DNA from: Octopus sinensis
Lineage: Eukaryota
Length of the DNA stretch: 64,000 nt
Assembly (NCBI RefSeq): GCF_006345805.1
Contig: NC_042997.1
Span: 166,036,001-166,100,000 of the forward strand
Reading direction: 5' to 3'
Part shown: positions 51,330 through 61,784 of the stretch, one piece after another
Numbering within the stretch: position 1 is the first letter of the stretch
Layout: each line of letters opens with the position of its first letter
Notes under the pieces: generated by a model
Told to the model about the DNA's origin: nothing
What the model saw: the letters and a program-made list of their open reading frames with translations, nothing else
The model's database searches: none
Translations under genes and position numbers: made by a program

Positions 51330-52000
51330 TATAAAATGTTTACTAATTTCCAGTGGCAGCCCATAAGTAGAATAAATCGAAATTATGCCATAGAAGCAGC
51401 TCTATGTTGTAAACAAATGGTATAAGCATTACCCTACGGTTGTAACAGAGAGAGAAAAATGTAATAATACTTTGAAAATTTCCAGTACATACAAACAAAA
51501 CCATCAAAGTTAATAAACCGGATATTGTTGTAAAAGACCAAATTAATAACACAGTCTGTTTGTTTATTGATATGAGTGTCCCTTGGTATCATATTTCGAC
51601 AAAAGAATTTGACAAGCTCAGAAAATGTAAAGATTTGCTCACTGAAATCGAAAAAATGCAGCATCTCAAGGAGTTACAGTACCAGTGATTGATTGTAGGA
51701 GCGCTAGGAATGACAAAAAGAGGAATTGAAAATTATTTGAGAATGATCTCTGGCTACAAGAAGTGCAAAAGATTGTTTTAACTGGTACGTCATATGTATT
51801 AAGAATAGCATTATCGCTGTGAGAACGATTACTTTCGATGTAAGTAATGTGTTCTTTACTGTGTTTGATATTGTTCATGAACAATCAGGTCTGTTTATCT
51901 TAATGGCCTATCAATGTACACAGAGAGTTTCTTTGTCCTAGGTGTCGGGAAGGCACATTCGCAAGAAATAGAAACAAAATTGAAAGAAGAAAAATAATGA
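51330..52000 (+). mobile_element. Third R4/Dong-type LINE 3' end (REL nuclease remnant and 3' UTR)
   Basis: Clear nucleotide similarity to 46800-47395 (aataaaccggatattgttgtaaaagacc; gagtttctttgtcctagg..gcaagaaat..ttgaaagaagaaaaa). Confidence 0.85.
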
Positions 52001-52190
52001 AATGCTCAGCCGTATTTCGTCTGCCGTTACGTTTTGAATTCAAATTCCGCCGAGGTCGACTTTGCCTTTCATCCTTTCGGGGTCGATAAATTAAGTACCA
52101 GTTACGCACTGGGGTCGATGTAATCGACTTAATCCGTTTGTCTGTCCTTGTTTGTCCCCTCTATGTTTAGCCCCTTGTGGATAATAAATA
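52001..52190 (+). mobile_element. SINE family B monomer, 5'-truncated, abutting Dong 3' end
   Basis: gtatttcgtctgccgttacg..gaggtcgactttgcc..gtttagccccttgtgg. Confidence 0.8.
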
Positions 52191-52329
52191 AACATATTAT
52201 CAACACTTCGTCTTCGACGAGCTGTCAGAATCGTTAGAAATTAGCATAACGTGTTTTGAGGTCTTTTTCCTGAGTCTCTATCTTCTAAGCTCATTTCTAC
52301 CTGGGGTCAAGTTTGACTTCTATTCATTC

Positions 52330-52740
52330 GGCGATGTGGCTGTGTGGTAAGTAGCTTGCTAACCAACCACATGGTTCCGGGTTCAGTCCCACTGCGTGGC
52401 ATCTTGGGCAAGTGTCTTCTGCTATAGCCCCGGGCTGACCAATGCCTTGTGAGTGGATTTGGTAGACGGAATCTGAAAGAAGCCTGTCGTATATATGTAT
52501 ATATATATATATATGTATGTGTGTGTTTGTGTGTCTGTGTTTGTTCCCCTAGCATTGCTTGACAACCGATGCTGGTGTGTTTACGTCCCCGTTACTTAGC
52601 GGTTCGGCAAAAGAGACCGATAGAATAAGTACTGGGCTTACAAAGAATAAGTCCCGGGGTCGATTTGCTCGACTAAAGGCGGTGCTCCAGCATGGCCGCA
52701 GTCAAATGACTGAAACAAGTAAAAGAGTAAAAGAGTAAAG
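52330..52740 (+). mobile_element. SINE family A, full length
   Basis: Colinear with 39860-40272. Confidence 0.88.
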
Positions 52741-53717
52741 CGTCCAGTGCTGGATCGATGGTCTTCTTTAATACTTCTTTTAAAATTGCTTGCCATATAA
52801 ATCAACTAGAAAGAATTACGATTAAGAAAAGCAAGGGAAGTTACTCATATCAATTTCAAGTAGAGTTATCTGTAATCTCCCAGCAGTGTAATTCTTCAAA
52901 TATGAAATACCCAGCATTATGACCCTTTTGCATATAAATGATAAAAACAGCAAAAGTATATCCGATGAAGACTCGTACCTCTAGTCTTGCAGATATTATC
53001 ATTTTTAAGAGAAAAAGTTATGCCAAGGCGATATATTTGCTCAAAATTTTTTTGTATTACATTTCCACACGGGCCCCCACACAATTCCCAACTACCAAAT
53101 TCATTCACCAAGGCACTGTTCGGTCTGAGGCTATAGTACAAGAGTTGCCCAAGGTGACGCGCAATGGAACTGAACTCAGAACCATGTGATTGCAAAGCTA
53201 GTTTCTTAGCCACAAAGCGAAGCTTGCATTCGGAAAGAGAATGGGCTTCATAAGGTTTAACAAACAGCAATATTTAAAGGAACAAAAGCTAATGAAATTC
53301 AAACACGCTTTAGATATTCTCACTTCTGGTGCACAGTTAAAGCCTTGAAGCTTACAACATACAACTGCGACCAAGAATTCAGGTTTGTTTGCTCAGAAGT
53401 TGCGACAGCTTAGTGAAGGAAAAATCTCTGTGGCTTCTGATAATAGAATAATCAGCAGAGCTCTTTGAACCACTCCACTGACCTCTCAGAAGTCCAGGAA
53501 TTGTTGATGCCTAGAGAATTTTTAGATCTTGGCAAAACCTGTCTGTTTCCATGTCTGAAAACAACCTATTTCTTCAGGAGGAATATCTCCATATCTCCAG
53601 CTATGGAGATATGTAATTGATTTATCGACATTTAACTTAGGTTACATTTGATCTCAGAAAATAACACAGCGCATTATTACTCGACATTCTAATGATTCTG
53701 CAAACTCGCTATCTTTC

Positions 53718-54064
53718 ACATACATACATACATACATACTACATACATACATACATACATACATACATACATACATACATGTATATATGTATGTATGTAT
53801 GTATGTAGGTAGGTAGGTAGGGAGGTAGGGAGGGAGGGAGGGAGGGAGTGAGGTAGGTAGGTAGGTAGGTAGGTAGGTAGGTAGGTAGGTAGGTAGGTAG
53901 GTAGGTAGGTAGGTGGCTGGCTGGCTGGCTGGCTGAGTAGGTTGGCAGGTATATGTAAGTATGTATATATGTATGCATGAATGCATGTATGTATATATGT
54001 ATGCATGTATGTATGTATGTATGTATGTATGTATGTATGTATGTATGTATGTATGTATGTATGT
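53718..54064. repeat. Compound (TACA)n/(GGTA)n/(GGGA)n/(GGCT)n/(TATG)n tetranucleotide array
   Basis: Direct inspection. Confidence 0.95.
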
Positions 54065-54085
54065 ACACACAGGCAAATACATATA

Positions 54086-55354
54086 CTGGGGAAAGTAAAA
54101 AATTACCAGTACTTTCAACATAACTTTTTTGGGGGGGGAGGGGCTTATCCACATTACTTTCAGTCTCGCGTGCTAAAAGGTAGTACACTTGTCACATAAC
54201 CAAGGTTTGACCTTGATCGCTCCAGTTTCTTCTTTCTTGTTTTACAGAGTTAAAATGGTTGCTCCGCTGGTAATGCACACTAAAGAAGAACAAGGATCAG
54301 TGATTCGATTTCTCTGGTCTGAATGTGTGTCTAGGGCTGAAATTTATCTCAGACTTTCAAAACGGGCAGCGCTGAACTGCGCATCTGTATAAATGGATCG
54401 AGAAGTTTAAAAATGGCCGAATAAGCGCAAAGCACAAAGAATGAGCAGTACGGCCACCAACTTCCACTACAGACGTGAAAGTTCAACAAGAGCGATAGAT
54501 GGTTCTATCGAACCGACGAATGACCGACGATGAAGTGGCAATGTTTTCTGCATACAAGTCACGCTTCCGTGAAATCTGTGCAAGATGGGTACAATGACAG
54601 CTTGCTGAAGCGCATAAACGTAATCGTGTGGAGTCCTGTCAACCACTACAACGATAAAGGCTAAGCTTTCGTGGAGAGAATAATCAAACGTTATAAGATC
54701 TGTGTCCTTCACTTTGAACCAGAATTCAAAAGGCAGGGAATGAAGGGGAAACTCCCGAAATCGCCGTCGAAAAAGAAATTCGGGGCTCAATCTTCAACAG
54801 AAAAAGTGATGCTAGCTATTTTGGGACACGCAAAGGAGTCTATACTATAACACATTATCTAGAAAAAGGGGTCTACAATCAGCAGTGTAGTCTGCAGTAA
54901 AATGCTAGCCAACAATCTGAAACCTGCAATTCGTACAAAACACCGAGGTCTATTGTCAACGCAAATATTATTGTTACGCGACAATGCATCTCCTCATACG
55001 GCCGCCCACACCGTTGAAACCATTAAAACATTGGATTTCTAGTTACTGGAACACCTTATATGCAGTCCAGATCTCGCCCTTTTCAACTGTCACCTCTCTG
55101 GACTGCTCAAATATCCTTTACGATAAGTCATCGATTTGTTACAGACAAAGAAGTGCAGCAAAGGGTGCATAAATGGGTGCGCAACCTACAGAACACTTTC
55201 TTTTCCGATGAAATAAGCAAGCTTGTGGACCGCTGGAAGAAAAGCATCGAAAGTCACGGAGACTATGTCGAAAAATGATGTAATCGTTCTTTCCTTGTTT
55301 TTGTTTTCATATATTACGGAAACAAGAATACGAATAACTTTTGGCTTACCCTCG
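54086..55354 (+). mobile_element. mariner transposon, near full length (about 1.27 kb), pseudogenised
   Basis: ATG 54255 MVAPL..EEQGSVIRFLWSE; LLRDNASPHTA, PYMQSRSRPF/SPDLA, GDYVEK*; right TIR acttttggcttaccctcgTA, degenerate left TIR. Confidence 0.85.
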
Positions 55355-55414
55355 TATATGTACATGTATTTATCTATATATATACATTCATATATACATA
55401 TATGTGTATATTTA

Positions 55415-55670
55415 TACGTGTGTGTGTGTGTATGTGTGTGTGTATGTGAGTTCGTGCGTGGGTGGCGTGCATGGCGTGCGTGTGTGTGTGTGTATGTTTG
55501 TGTGTATGTGTGTGTGTATGTGTGTGTGTATGTGAGTTCGTGCGTGGGTGGCGTGCATGGCGTGCGTGTGTGTGTGTGTATGTTTGTGTGTATGTGTGTA
55601 TGTGTATATGTTTGTGTGTGCGCGTGCGTGGCGTGGCGTGCGTGGTGTGCATGTGTGTGTGCGGGTGTGT
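55415..55670. repeat. TG-rich low-complexity tract with an about 86-bp higher-order duplication
   Basis: tgtgagttcgtgcgtgggtggcgtgcatggcgtgcgtg occurs near 55445 and 55531. Confidence 0.85.
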
Positions 55671-56164
55671 CTTACACTCATATGTTTAATTAACATATTT
55701 TTGGCCTCACTCCAAAAATAAACCCTGTTGTTAGACCACAGAATTCTCAGTAGCTAGGGAGGAAAGAAGATTAATTAACTGGGGAGCCGACATGGCATAT
55801 ATCAGATGAAATTTGTCAACAAAATTAGAATTTTTAAAATGTTCTTTCCCATAGGTGTCAAAATACATCAATGGGTTTAAACGACAGAATTTTCAGCAGC
55901 TTGAGCGGACGTCGGCATATTTTCTTTGGAGATACGCCGAAATGGAAATGTTTTATGACTTGCGGCCAAAGTGAATTTTTAAAAGCTGAAACTGTGAAAC
56001 CGTAATTGTACAACGTTGTTTATTTTCTAAAGCTTCCTAAACGTCATCTACTGTAATGAAGGACTCGTCACAGATTAAATGACGTAAAAATCGGTAACCT
56101 GAAGGAGAGTGATTCTTTCTTCGGGGTAACTGTGATATTTGTCACTTTAACCACTGTGATATTA

Positions 56165-56276
56165 GTCAGTTCAATCCCACAACGAGGCACCTTGGGCAAG
56201 TGTCTTCTGCTATAGCCTCGGGCCGACCAAATCCATGCGAGTGGATTTGGTAGACGGAAACTGAAAGAAGCCCGTC

Positions 56277-56350
<74 letters not shown>
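56165..56350 (+). mobile_element. SINE family A 5' half ending in (TA)n
   Basis: ggcaccttgggcaagtgtcttc..gaaagaagcccgtcg(ta)n. Confidence 0.8.
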
Positions 56351-56352
<2 letters not shown>

Positions 56353-56739
56353 ACTCTAGTGCTAAAAATAGCTCCGAAGCAACCACAGAAGATCTGTTTC
56401 CAACTAGAATCAACATACATTTAACGGAAGGAAAGTGAAATACAACGAATAAAATAGATTGACTCTATACAATTGTTTCATTACTAATGCAATATGCAGT
56501 TTTACTTACATTTGCATCTATAAATCTTCGGTAGAGTTTGTCAGAAATGCAATTATTTAGATCGATTCGAGCGTCAAAAACACGAGCGGTCCAACCAATT
56601 ACATTTTTAGTTATGTCTCAAATTCCGCGCCAAAAGCATGCCTAGACTCCATTGGAAACGTATGCCGCATCAAATAAAATATTAACTGCCGCATGGTTAA
56701 ATTTATAAAATTATAAATGAGGGTGAAAAATCGATATAA

Positions 56740-57290
56740 GGGGAGGGGGGAGATAGGAGGGGGAGGAGGAAGGAGGAAAGAGGGAGAGGGGGAGAAACAA
56801 GGGGAGTGAGGGAGCAGAGGGAAGTGGAAGAGGGAAGGAGGGAGGGAGAAAGAGGGAAGAAGGGAGAAAGAGGGAGAGGGGGAGAGAGAAGGGGAGAGAG
56901 AAGGGGAGAGGGGGAAGGAGGAAAGAGGGAGAGGGGGAGAGAGAAGGGGAGAGGGGGAGAGAGAAGGGGAGTGAGGGAGCAGAGGGAAGGGGAAGAGGGA
57001 AGGATGGAGGGAGAAAGAGGGGGAGGAGGAAGGAGGAAAGAAGGAGAGGGGGAGAGAGAAGGGGAGAGGGGAAGGAGGAAAGAGGGAGAGGGGGAGAGAG
57101 AAGGGGAGTGAGGGAGCAGAGGGAAGGGGAAGAGGGAAGGAGGGAGGGAGAAAAAGGGAAGAAGGGAGAAAGAGGGAGAAAGAGGGAAGAGGGGAAGGGG
57201 AGTAGGGGTGAAAGGATGAAGGACTGAAGAGAAGTAGGGGTCGGGGGGAGGTAGGTGAGGAGGGGGAGATGGGGGTTAGATGAGGAGGGG
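56740..57290. repeat. Polypurine (G/A) low-complexity tract with internal repeats
   Basis: About 550 bp almost entirely G and A on the + strand. Confidence 0.93.
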
Positions 57291-57630
57291 GGGGAGAGTT
57301 GAGACCAAATGGCGTATAAGAGCGAAGAGAGAAGTTAATTTCTGTTCACGGCGCAAACGGGAATCCGGATGGCCTCTGTGTAAGGACAAACCGAACACAG
57401 ACAGGTGTTGCAAGGAGTGACCGGTGGAGCGGAAATGGCGTGAGACTGGTGTGTCGTTCGCAAGGTGGATGTCACGAAGGTGTTCCGCGAACCGGTCAGC
57501 CAAGCGGCGTCCCGTTTGTCCGATGTACAAGGAATGGCAGAGAGAGCAAGAGACGCAATAGATAATATTGCTGGAGGTGCAGGTGAAGGAGTTGATGATG
57601 CGATAGGGTCGATGATGGGTGCTATACGGT
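57290..57630 (-). mobile_element. Penelope-like element GIY-YIG endonuclease fragment
   Basis: FTCTSSNIIYCVSCSLCHSLYIGQTGRRLADRFAEHLRDI..PVSRHF..GH..RLRREQKL. Confidence 0.85.
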
Positions 57631-57631
57631 G

Positions 57632-57800
57632 TTGGTGTGTTTACGTCCCCATAACTTAGCGGTTTGGCAAAAGTCACCGATAGAATAAATACCAGGCTTA
57701 ACAAAAAGTAAGTACTGGGATCGATTCGTTCGACTAAAACAAACTGTTCAAGGCGGTGCACCAGCATGGCTGCAGTCAAATAACTGACACAAGTAAAAAA
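57632..57800 (+). mobile_element. SINE family A 3' half
   Basis: tggtgtgtttacgtcccc..ccagcatggctgcagtcaaa..caagtaaaa. Confidence 0.78.
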
Positions 57801-58094
57801 TGTTTTAAAATGTTTGATCGACCCCACGTTTCTTGAATTGTCGAAAGCCTATGAGACGCAATTAATTCCTCTGTGACTATTCATTTAGGAAAGTGAAAAC
57901 ATCTATTGTTTAAAGAAATCGCACTGGAGGAAAGTTTCATTCTATGCTAGGTATAAAGAATACACCTGAGAGAGAGGCGGAGGGCTGGAGGGAGAGAGAG
58001 GGAGAGAGAGAATGTATGTGCATGTGTGTGTTTGTGTGTGTATGCGTGTGCGGGCGTGCGTACGTATGTGTGTGCATATATTACGATAAAACAT

Positions 58095-58500
58095 AGGTTC
58101 ATAACTACTGTGGTGGTTGGGTCTCCATTGAACGTGGCTGTGACTATTCTGTCATTTACTGGTATTACTTCAGCCAATGCTTTCTCTGCCAAACCGTTAA
58201 TTACTAATCCTATCCCTCCTGCTACAGCACCATTAGTACTTATCAATGCACTTGTTATTACTGTGCAGCCTTCAAGTCGTTCAATGAAAGTAGGGTCTTC
58301 TTCATGCTCTATCTTGTGTTCAACTACTCCAAGGATGTTTAGTTTGCATTTGTTAAAGTTGTTAGCCATCTCCAGACATGTCTCTTTTCCCCTAAGTGTT
58401 CTTACATTGAGTGTTCCAATTTGCAGGTACTTTTTACTGTTCTTAAGTTTGATTCCTCTGTTCTCGCCATCAGCTACTTCTCTTCCAGTTGGATTTAAAG
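58095..58500 (-). mobile_element. RTE-type APE endonuclease fragment
   Basis: KLNILGVVEHK..GGIGLVIN..KALAEVIPVNDRIVTATFNGDPTTTVV. Confidence 0.75.
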
Positions 58501-59664
58501 AAGTACCTTAATCAGTCTTTATATATAATTTAAACACAAATTAGATACAATACTCGAGGGAAGGTTTAAGTCAAGATATCATTGACGCCAGCACTTTGTT
58601 TTTCCCTAATGGGATAAAAGACAAAGTTGACCTTGGCGGAATTTGAACTCAGAAAGTAGAACTGAAACAAATATCAGAAAGCATTTTATTCGACACTGAC
58701 GATTCTGCCTACTCGCCACTTTTATAACGAGCGAAATGATGTTTCATCAATTAGACCGATTCCTAATTAATTGTATATAACAGAATAACTCAGCTGTATT
58801 TCTGCATGATAAGCGAAGTTGTGTGACTGTAAGCTATATAAACCTAGTGAGTCTCGCCGGTCAAAACCGTTTTTGTAACCAACCATTTATACATTAACTT
58901 TAACAGCAGTAACGTGATACAGAAGCAAATGTCAAGATATTACGCTGAGTCAGGTGTCCTGTTGATGGAATATTGCATTTGTAACTGCTGATGCTGACAT
59001 ACACATTGCAAAAGACAGCGATACTAACGAAAGCGAATAAAATATAAGAAAGAAAGAAAAGTTTTAAATATATTCTAGTCACTTGCTGATGTAGCTTTGA
59101 ATATGATTGAATTAATTGCTTTTGCTACAGGGAATAGTAAATTATAAATAGGAAAAATACTACATAATAAACAATCCAATACAAAAATTAAAAAAAAACT
59201 TCAGTCTAGATAAAAGAGAATTCCCAAATGTTATGAAGAATGTCTATGTATATATTTCTCATAGCAAGAATGTCTATGTATGTAATTCTCAACGACAAAC
59301 CTCCCGGTAGGTTTGTCGTTGACGTGATTAGAAAATTAGGAGTAAGAGCCTGCAAGAACTGCAAAGAAAACATGTTGAATATCTAAATGTATCTGAGAGC
59401 GATTATATGTCTATATGTATTTAATTCTTCATCTATGTTTGCAAATATTTGTATATGTTTGTTTATGAATGCAAAAAATTAATGTCAGGTTAAATCATGT
59501 TATTAGAGTCGTGCTGAAAGACCTTTTGTAGAAACCATATTTTTGCTTGTTTCCCTGTGTACTTATATATAGCTATAACTTGTGTATAACTTGTGTAATG
59601 AACTGCAGCTCTCTGGATCGTTGGGACAAGAAATGAGACTTCACCTTCAAGGACAAGTCAGCTA

Positions 59665-59895
59665 AACAGTCAGGTGGTGATGGAGGTGGTGGTTGTGGTG
59701 GTAGTGGTGGTGATGGTGTTGTTGTTGTTGGTGGTGGTGGTGATGGTGGTGGCGATGGTGTTGGTGTTGGTGGTTGTGGTGGTGGTGGTGGTGGATGTGT
59801 TGTTGTTGTTATTGTTGTTGTTGTTGTTGGTGTTAGTGGTGGTGGTGGTGGCGGCGGCGGCGGTGGTGGCAGTGGCGGCGGCGGCGGTGGTGCCG
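59665..59895. repeat. (GGT)n/(GTT)n/(GGC)n trinucleotide array
   Basis: Direct inspection. Confidence 0.95.
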
Positions 59896-60334
59896 TCACT
59901 ACTTGCAAAACAAAAAACTATAGTACAAATATCAAACTTCAATCGAATCATATTTTCAACTTTAAACCACAACGTCAAATTCATCGTACATTAGAAATGT
60001 TATCAGATGGTGATATCTAACATGTACATGTTGACATTAATTTACATTAATGTTGATTAATTAACGATACCAAAAGTATTAGTGAATTAATGTGATGTTG
60101 TAGCATTTAAGACTTTGTTTTTACGTTCAGTTTAAAACAAAATCAGGATCCATTGAAGGAGAGTCCACCAATTTAAATTCTCCTTGAATTTAAATGGATC
60201 TATAATACTTAAGAACTTATGGCATTTTTCAGTTGGAAAAGTTTCACAGAAAAAAGGTAGTTAGCTTCAGCGTTCATAAGAATGGTGCCAACAGATTGTA
60301 TGTCTCTAGCATATCGATAATGTTAGTGATGACT

Positions 60335-60600
60335 TTCATTCCTCCATCCATCCATTCATCTTCTCCACCCACTATTACTGGGAGAGTCGTGGCGGCAGAG
60401 TCCTCAGGAACTTCTTCCAAAGGGTCTTATCAAAAGTAACCATCAGTACACTTTCCGATTGGATTCCCAACTGAAGCTTTGGATATTATCCAACCATCTC
60501 GTTCTTGATCTACCCATAGGTTTCCTGCTTGCTGACTCGGCTTGAAGACTCAATTTTGCGATTATTTCCGCGACATTCTGTTGTACTGAAGCTGTGATCT
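60335..60600 (-). mobile_element. RTE-type LINE 3' end with (GATG)n tail
   Basis: RKPMGRSRTRWLDNI...DKTLWKKFLRTLPPRLSQ* followed by gaatggatggatgga. Confidence 0.65.
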
Positions 60601-60654
60601 CTCAATACGAAGAAGTAGCTGCTCGTAATGAAGAGACTCCTTGATCTCCAAGCC

Positions 60655-60900
60655 ACTTACTTTTGTAGTGACGTCATCTTGAGAGTCTTCAGTACGCGTG
60701 TGCGGGGTTAGAATCTTCTAGAAGGCCTGCGGAAGTTCCCTCATGCACATGCGCTAAACAAAACTGAAGGAAAAAGTTCTATCACGTTCCTTGCTTGCGT
60801 CTGGGACTCGAGACGCAGTCGTTCAACACTGTAGACGTGTTTTTGAGTAGCAGATTCGCCTACGCTCCTGTCCCAGACGCATAGGATTGACCAGCTCTGT
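60655..60900 (-). promoter_or_regulatory. Possible promoter/first exon of a - strand gene
   Basis: Locally CpG-rich; TGACGTCA, ACTTCCGC and GCGCATGTGCA motifs; ATG ACG TCA CTA CAA AA followed by gtaagt. Confidence 0.3.
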
Positions 60901-61397
60901 TTGTTACTGGAGTTTCTGTGAAGTTATTTTCACAAATGTCTGATTAACTCCAGATTTGCTGTGTGGTTGCTGACTGACCAAATGTACCTTTTACATATAC
61001 CCGAATATAGAGTTATATATATTGTTCGGATGCTTTCTTGTTTCCTTACATCAACATTTTTTTAAAAACAAAGCGGAAGAAATTCTACCCTTTGTCAAGT
61101 AATATTATTCCAGAGATCCTTTAGAAGAACCCTATCTCAGTCCCTTGTATTCGTGATCGTACTCTTTCACTGGTTACTTGACCTCCGTAAAAAAAGAGCA
61201 TTCTACTTAGTATTTCCTATTGAAATTTGTCTTACATTTCCAAGTCAATAAACCATGGAAGATTTATTTAGAATTTCATAAAGGAAGGAATCCATAGAAG
61301 AAATATGAATGTAATCTATCGTGTCTAAGCCGTCGTCTTCCAGTTAGTTGTCAGTTGGCTGGTGAATTGTCAAGCTTTAGGTAAAATAATAAATATT

Positions 61398-61784
61398 CTT
61401 TTCTACTCTAGGCACAAGGCCCGAAATTTTGGGCGAGTGGGCCAGTCGATTAGCTCGACCCCAGTACGCGACTGGTACTTAATTTATCGACCCCGAAAGG
61501 ATGAAAGGCAAAGTCGACCTCGGTGGAATTTGAACTCAGAATGTAAAAACAAACGAAATACCTATTTCTTTACTACCCACAAGGGGCTAAACACAGAGAG
61601 AACAAACAAGGACAGACAAACGGATTAAGTCGATTACATCGACCCCAGTGCGTAACTGGTACTTAATTTATCCCCGAAAAGCAAAGTCGACCTCGGCGGA
61701 ATTTGAACTCAGAACGTAACGACAGACGAAATACCGCTAAGCATTTCGCCCGGCGTGCTAACGTTTCTGCCAGCTCGCCGCTTT
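61398..61784 (-). mobile_element. Dimeric tRNA-headed SINE (family B) with perfect 18-bp TSD
   Basis: TSD ggtaaaataataaatatt at 61380-61397 and 61785-61802; same internal junction as the 6676 copy. Confidence 0.9.

Noticed and set aside
57276-57827. 183-aa ORF as a host gene
   Set aside because: Chance in-frame fusion of an antisense SINE 3' half with a PLE GIY-YIG fragment
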